A DNA stretch of 64,000 nucleotides from Syntrophaceae bacterium. Lineage in GTDB: Bacteria; Desulfobacterota; Syntrophia; Syntrophales; PHBD01. Position numbers and translations under genes: made by a program. Location of the stretch: NCBI GenBank assembly GCA_013177825.1, contig JABLXX010000004.1, positions 101,990-165,989 on the forward strand, read 5' to 3'. This document shows, piece by piece, positions 60,911 through 64,000 of the stretch (the stretch's first letter is position 1; every line of letters begins with the position of its first letter). A model generated the notes under the pieces. It ran no database searches and was not told the origin of the DNA. It was given only the letters and a program-made list of their open reading frames with translations.

Positions 60911-63001
60911 ATGGACTTTTTCTTCAACCCCAAGGGAATTGCAGTTGTCGGCGCCACACCGAACCCGGCGAAGGGAGGCAACGCCATCCTGAAAAACCTC
61001 ATCACGGGCTTTCGGGGGGGCATCTGTCCCGTCAATCCGAAATACGGTGAAATCGAGGGAATCCGATGCGTCCCATCCCTTCGGAAAGTTCCAGATTCTG
61101 TGGACCTGGCGATTCTGTTCGTCCCGGCCCCGCAGGTTCTTACGGCCCTGGACGAATGCGCCGGGAAGGGGATCCGGGGCGCCATCATCGAGTCCGGAGG
61201 ATTCGCCGAAACGGGTCCGGAAGGCCGGGAACTGCAGAACAGGATGGTAGTCAGGGCGCACGAACTGGGGATTCGGATCTGGGGTCCCAACTGCATGGGG
61301 CTCGTCGATGCCGTCCGCAGGCATGTTTTTTCCTTTATGGATCCCAATGCTCTCCTGCGGGGACTTGTCCCGGGAGATGTTTCCCTGGTCGTGCAGAGCG
61401 GCCTCCTCTCGGCGGGGTTCCTGGTGGACCTCATGACCCACGGGGTCATGGGTATCAGCAAAGCCTGTTCCATCGGGAACAAAGCGGATGTGGATGAAAA
61501 CGATCTGCTGGAATATCTGGCTGGAGATCCGGATACAAAGGTGATCGGCATGTATCTGGAATCCTTTCGGGACGGCCGCCGATTCCTCGAGTTGTGCCGC
61601 ACATGTCCCAAGCCGGTCGTCGTGCTGAAAGGCGGGAGGAGCAGCCGGGGCGCGAAGGCCGCCATGAGCCATACCGCCTCCCTGGCGGGAAACCATGCCA
61701 TCATCGCCGGCGCCCTGGCCCAGGCCGGCGTCACGGAGGCCAGGGACTTCAAGCAGTGGATGGATCTCTGTCGTTCCATGGCTGTTGCTCCGCCGGCGGC
61801 ATCCGGGAAGGGGAGGATCGCGGTCCTTACTTTCAGTGGCGGCGCCGGGATCCTGGCAGCGGATTTCTTCGAAGACGTGGGACTGGAGGTGGCTGATCTG
61901 TCTGCGGAGACCACCTCCGCTCTGCAGGAAATCTTCCCATCCTGGATGCCTGTTGCCAATCCGGTGGATGTGTGGCCCGCCATGGAAAAGAACATGGGGA
62001 CCGGTGTGGACGTCTACAGCACGGCCCTGCGCTCCATCCTGGCCGATCCGGGTGTGGACGGCGTCCTGCTCCTGGCCTTTGTCGGCAACTTCCGTATCAC
62101 CATGGACCTGGAAGACCTGGCCGCCCAGTCCCGGAAGGCGGGGAAACCCGTCTTTCTGTGGCTCCTGGGAACCCGCGACAACGTCTCCGAGTTTCAGCAA
62201 CAGGCCCGCACCCTGGGCGTGCTCGCGTTTCAGGAGTTGTATCGCGCCGTGGAGTGCATCGAGGCCGTTTTACGGAGGCGGCCCGCTACGACCGCGATTG
62301 CCCGGAAGGTCCCCACCCCGGTAACGGCCGGTGTAACGCCGGAAATCGAGGCTCTGATGCGAGGCGCCCGGGGGACCCTGGACGAGGAGCTTTCCAAGCG
62401 GATTCTCCGCTCCCGGGGGATTCCAGCCGTAGAAGAGGCGCGTGTCGCGGACGAGGAAGCGTGCCTGAGGGAAGCGGAACGAATCGGTTATCCCGTGGTG
62501 CTCAAGGGACTGCAGCCCGGCCTGGTTCATAAGAGCGATGCCGGACTGGTGCATCTGAACGTTACCGATTCCCGGGGAGCCCGGGAGGCGTACGGCATGA
62601 TCCGGAAAGGCCTGACCGACGAAGGAGAGGTTCTGGTCCAGCGTCAGATCCGCGGGAACGGTGAGCTGATCGCCGGCCTGATCCGCGATCCCCAGTTCGG
62701 CCCCTGCGTGCTGTTCGGCCTCGGCGGGACCCTGACGGAAGTGCTTCGGGACACGGCCTTTGCCGTGGCTCCGCTCAGCGAAGAAGAAGCGCTGCAGCTC
62801 ATCGGGCGCATCCGGGGGCAGGCTCTCCTGAATGGACATCGCGGCGCTCCACCGGTGGACAGGGAACAGCTGGCGAAGGTTCTTATCGCTCTGGGAGAAC
62901 TGGGGATGTCCGTCCCGCGGATCCGGGAGATCGACATCAATCCGTTCCTGGTCACGGAGAACGGTCTATGCGCGGTGGATGCCACGATCATCCTGGATTG
63001 A
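60911..63001 (+). CDS. ADP-forming acyl-CoA (acetyl-CoA) synthetase, fused alpha/beta domains
   Basis: 3' part of ORF 60803..63001. ATG 60911 after GGAGGAG. CoA-binding start GIAVVGATPNPAKGG, SHTASLAG phospho-His loop context, C-terminal ATP-grasp (GYPVVLKG...). 696 aa. Confidence 0.8.
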   Translation: MDFFFNPKGIAVVGATPNPAKGGNAILKNLITGFRGGICPVNPKYGEIEGIRCVPSLRKVPDSVDLAILFVPAPQVLTALDECAGKGIRGAIIESGGFAETGPEGRELQNRMVVRAHELGIRIWGPNCMGLVDAVRRHVFSFMDPNALLRGLVPGDVSLVVQSGLLSAGFLVDLMTHGVMGISKACSIGNKADVDENDLLEYLAGDPDTKVIGMYLESFRDGRRFLELCRTCPKPVVVLKGGRSSRGAKAAMSHTASLAGNHAIIAGALAQAGVTEARDFKQWMDLCRSMAVAPPAASGKGRIAVLTFSGGAGILAADFFEDVGLEVADLSAETTSALQEIFPSWMPVANPVDVWPAMEKNMGTGVDVYSTALRSILADPGVDGVLLLAFVGNFRITMDLEDLAAQSRKAGKPVFLWLLGTRDNVSEFQQQARTLGVLAFQELYRAVECIEAVLRRRPATTAIARKVPTPVTAGVTPEIEALMRGARGTLDEELSKRILRSRGIPAVEEARVADEEACLREAERIGYPVVLKGLQPGLVHKSDAGLVHLNVTDSRGAREAYGMIRKGLTDEGEVLVQRQIRGNGELIAGLIRDPQFGPCVLFGLGGTLTEVLRDTAFAVAPLSEEEALQLIGRIRGQALLNGHRGAPPVDREQLAKVLIALGELGMSVPRIREIDINPFLVTENGLCAVDATIILD

Positions 63002-63066
63002 GGAAGCGAACCGGGAAGATCGGTGTCCGGGTGCAGCCGTTGCCGTGAAACGCCGATCTGGACGGT

Positions 63067-63714
63067 TCAATTGATCTTTTCGATGTCCTTGTCCTTGCCC
63101 AACACGACCAGGGCCTCGCCGTCCTTGATCACATAGCCGGCAGCGGGAACCATGGAAATCCGGTCTGTAAGGATGTCCCGCACCGCGATGACCTCGATGT
63201 GGTACTTGCCCCGGAGCTGCAACTCGCCGATGGATTTTCCGAGAAAGCTCGTTGGCGGCGCGATCTCGGAAATCATATAATCGTCGGACAAGGGGAGGTA
63301 ATCCAGCACGTTTGGCGAACGGAGCCCCTTGGCCAGTTTGGCGGCGACTTCTTTTTCGGGGATGATGACCTCGGTGGCACCCACGCGCTCCAGAATCAGC
63401 GCGTGGTCCTCGCTGGGCGCCTTCACGATGATCGTTTTCACGCCCATCTGTTTGAGGTGAAGGGTGATGAGGGTGCTGGCGGCCAGGTCTTCTCCGAAGG
63501 AAATGATAGCCAGATCCTCTTCCTGGATCCCGATCAGGTCCATGATTTCCTTGTCCGTTCCGTCGGCGAGGACGGCCTTGGTGGCGAAGTCGCGAATCCG
63601 CTGGATGGCTTCCCTGTTCTTGTCGACGGCAATGACTTCAAAGCCGTTTTCGAAGAGTTCCTTAGCGATATTGAAGCCGAAAATGCCCAACCCGATCACG
63701 ATGACCCGCTTCAT
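63067..63714 (-). CDS. ktrA: K+ uptake system NAD-binding regulatory subunit (KtrA/TrkA, RCK domain)
   Basis: ORF 63067..63714. MKRVIVIGLGIFGFNIAKEL Rossmann start, 215 aa. Confidence 0.85.
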   Translation of the reverse strand: MKRVIVIGLGIFGFNIAKELFENGFEVIAVDKNREAIQRIRDFATKAVLADGTDKEIMDLIGIQEEDLAIISFGEDLAASTLITLHLKQMGVKTIIVKAPSEDHALILERVGATEVIIPEKEVAAKLAKGLRSPNVLDYLPLSDDYMISEIAPPTSFLGKSIGELQLRGKYHIEVIAVRDILTDRISMVPAAGYVIKDGEALVVLGKDKDIEKIN

Positions 63715-63726
63715 CTCGACACCTCC

Positions 63727-64000
63727 TTATCCCACCATGACCGATTCTTCCGCATAGGTGATGCCCCGTTTGGTCTGGCTCCAGGAGAAGGCCAGCGTCA
63801 GGGGGCCCACTCGCCCTGCGAACATCATGATAACAATGGCCAGTTTCTGCAGATCGCTCAGTTTGGGCGTTATGCCCATGGACAGCCCGACGGTCCCGAA
63901 GGCGGAGACCGTCTCGAATATGTACTCGACGAAGAAATGGCGGGTCAGGGCGGGGTCATGTCCCGGATTGGATCCCACCAGCAGGAGAAAGGACGTGATG
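63727..64000 (-). CDS. ktrB: K+ transporter membrane subunit (KtrB/TrkH family), 3' part only (5' end beyond the window)
   Basis: The frame is open to the window edge. The C-terminal sequence ...FETVSAFGTVGLSMGITPKLS...MFAGRVGPLTLAF is typical of TrkH/KtrB. It lies upstream of and co-oriented with ktrA. Confidence 0.75.
   Translation of the reverse strand, partial: ITSFLLLVGSNPGHDPALTRHFFVEYIFETVSAFGTVGLSMGITPKLSDLQKLAIVIMMFAGRVGPLTLAFSWSQTKRGITYAEESVMVG

Noticed and set aside
1-64000. Scanned for CRISPR arrays, rRNA, transposases/integrases, toxin-antitoxin pairs and known defence-system signatures.
   Set aside because: No regularly spaced direct repeats, no recombinase-like ORFs and no small paired ORFs of TA type were seen. 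The only RNA gene found is tRNA-Phe.

Overview
This is a high-GC chromosomal segment (about 60-65% GC by eye). Its gene content fits an anaerobic Desulfobacterota-type (deltaproteobacterial sulfate-reducing or syntrophic) organism. All calls come from reading the translated ORF track and the nucleotide sequence for family motifs; no database search was run.

Left to right, the window contains:
- The tail of a Liv-type branched-chain amino acid ABC transporter (livHMGF).
- A ~3.1 kb low-GC islet (exported protein, Blc lipocalin, OsmC, EthD) that abuts the 3' end of tRNA-Phe.
- An RDD protein, rsmE and prmA.
- A nearly complete siroheme-dependent (alternative, Ahb) haem cluster: sirC-like, hemX-like, hemA, hemC, cobA/hemD, ahbD, hemB, ahbC and an AhbA/B-type decarboxylase. 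Two exported proteins of unknown role interrupt it.
- A long minus-strand envelope operon (Fe-ADH, DegT aminotransferase, hldD, kdsB, acyltransferase, Spy-like protein, CCG Fe-S protein). Its first genes resemble a Kdo8N-type Kdo modification set.
- A THUMP methyltransferase.
- The most unusual block (28.0-38.4 kb). murI, a ketosynthase, a catalytically dead ketosynthase partner, an acyl-CoA ligase and an acyl-CoA dehydrogenase are translationally coupled. They are followed by three overlapping radical-SAM genes: two TRAM-less methylthiotransferase-like paralogues and a SPASM-type enzyme with a second CxxxCxxC module. Two micro-ORFs with strong ribosome-binding sites come after them.
- Zn-ADH, an enolase-superfamily enzyme and Hsp33.
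- A large electron-bifurcation block: a giant HdrL-type HdrA, MvhD, Flx-like subunits, HdrC/HdrB and NfnAB.
- atpZ-atpI-atpB, a TRAP transporter, a CoA-transferase, an ADP-forming acyl-CoA synthetase, and ktrA plus a partial ktrB.

No CRISPR array, rRNA, transposase or integrase was seen.
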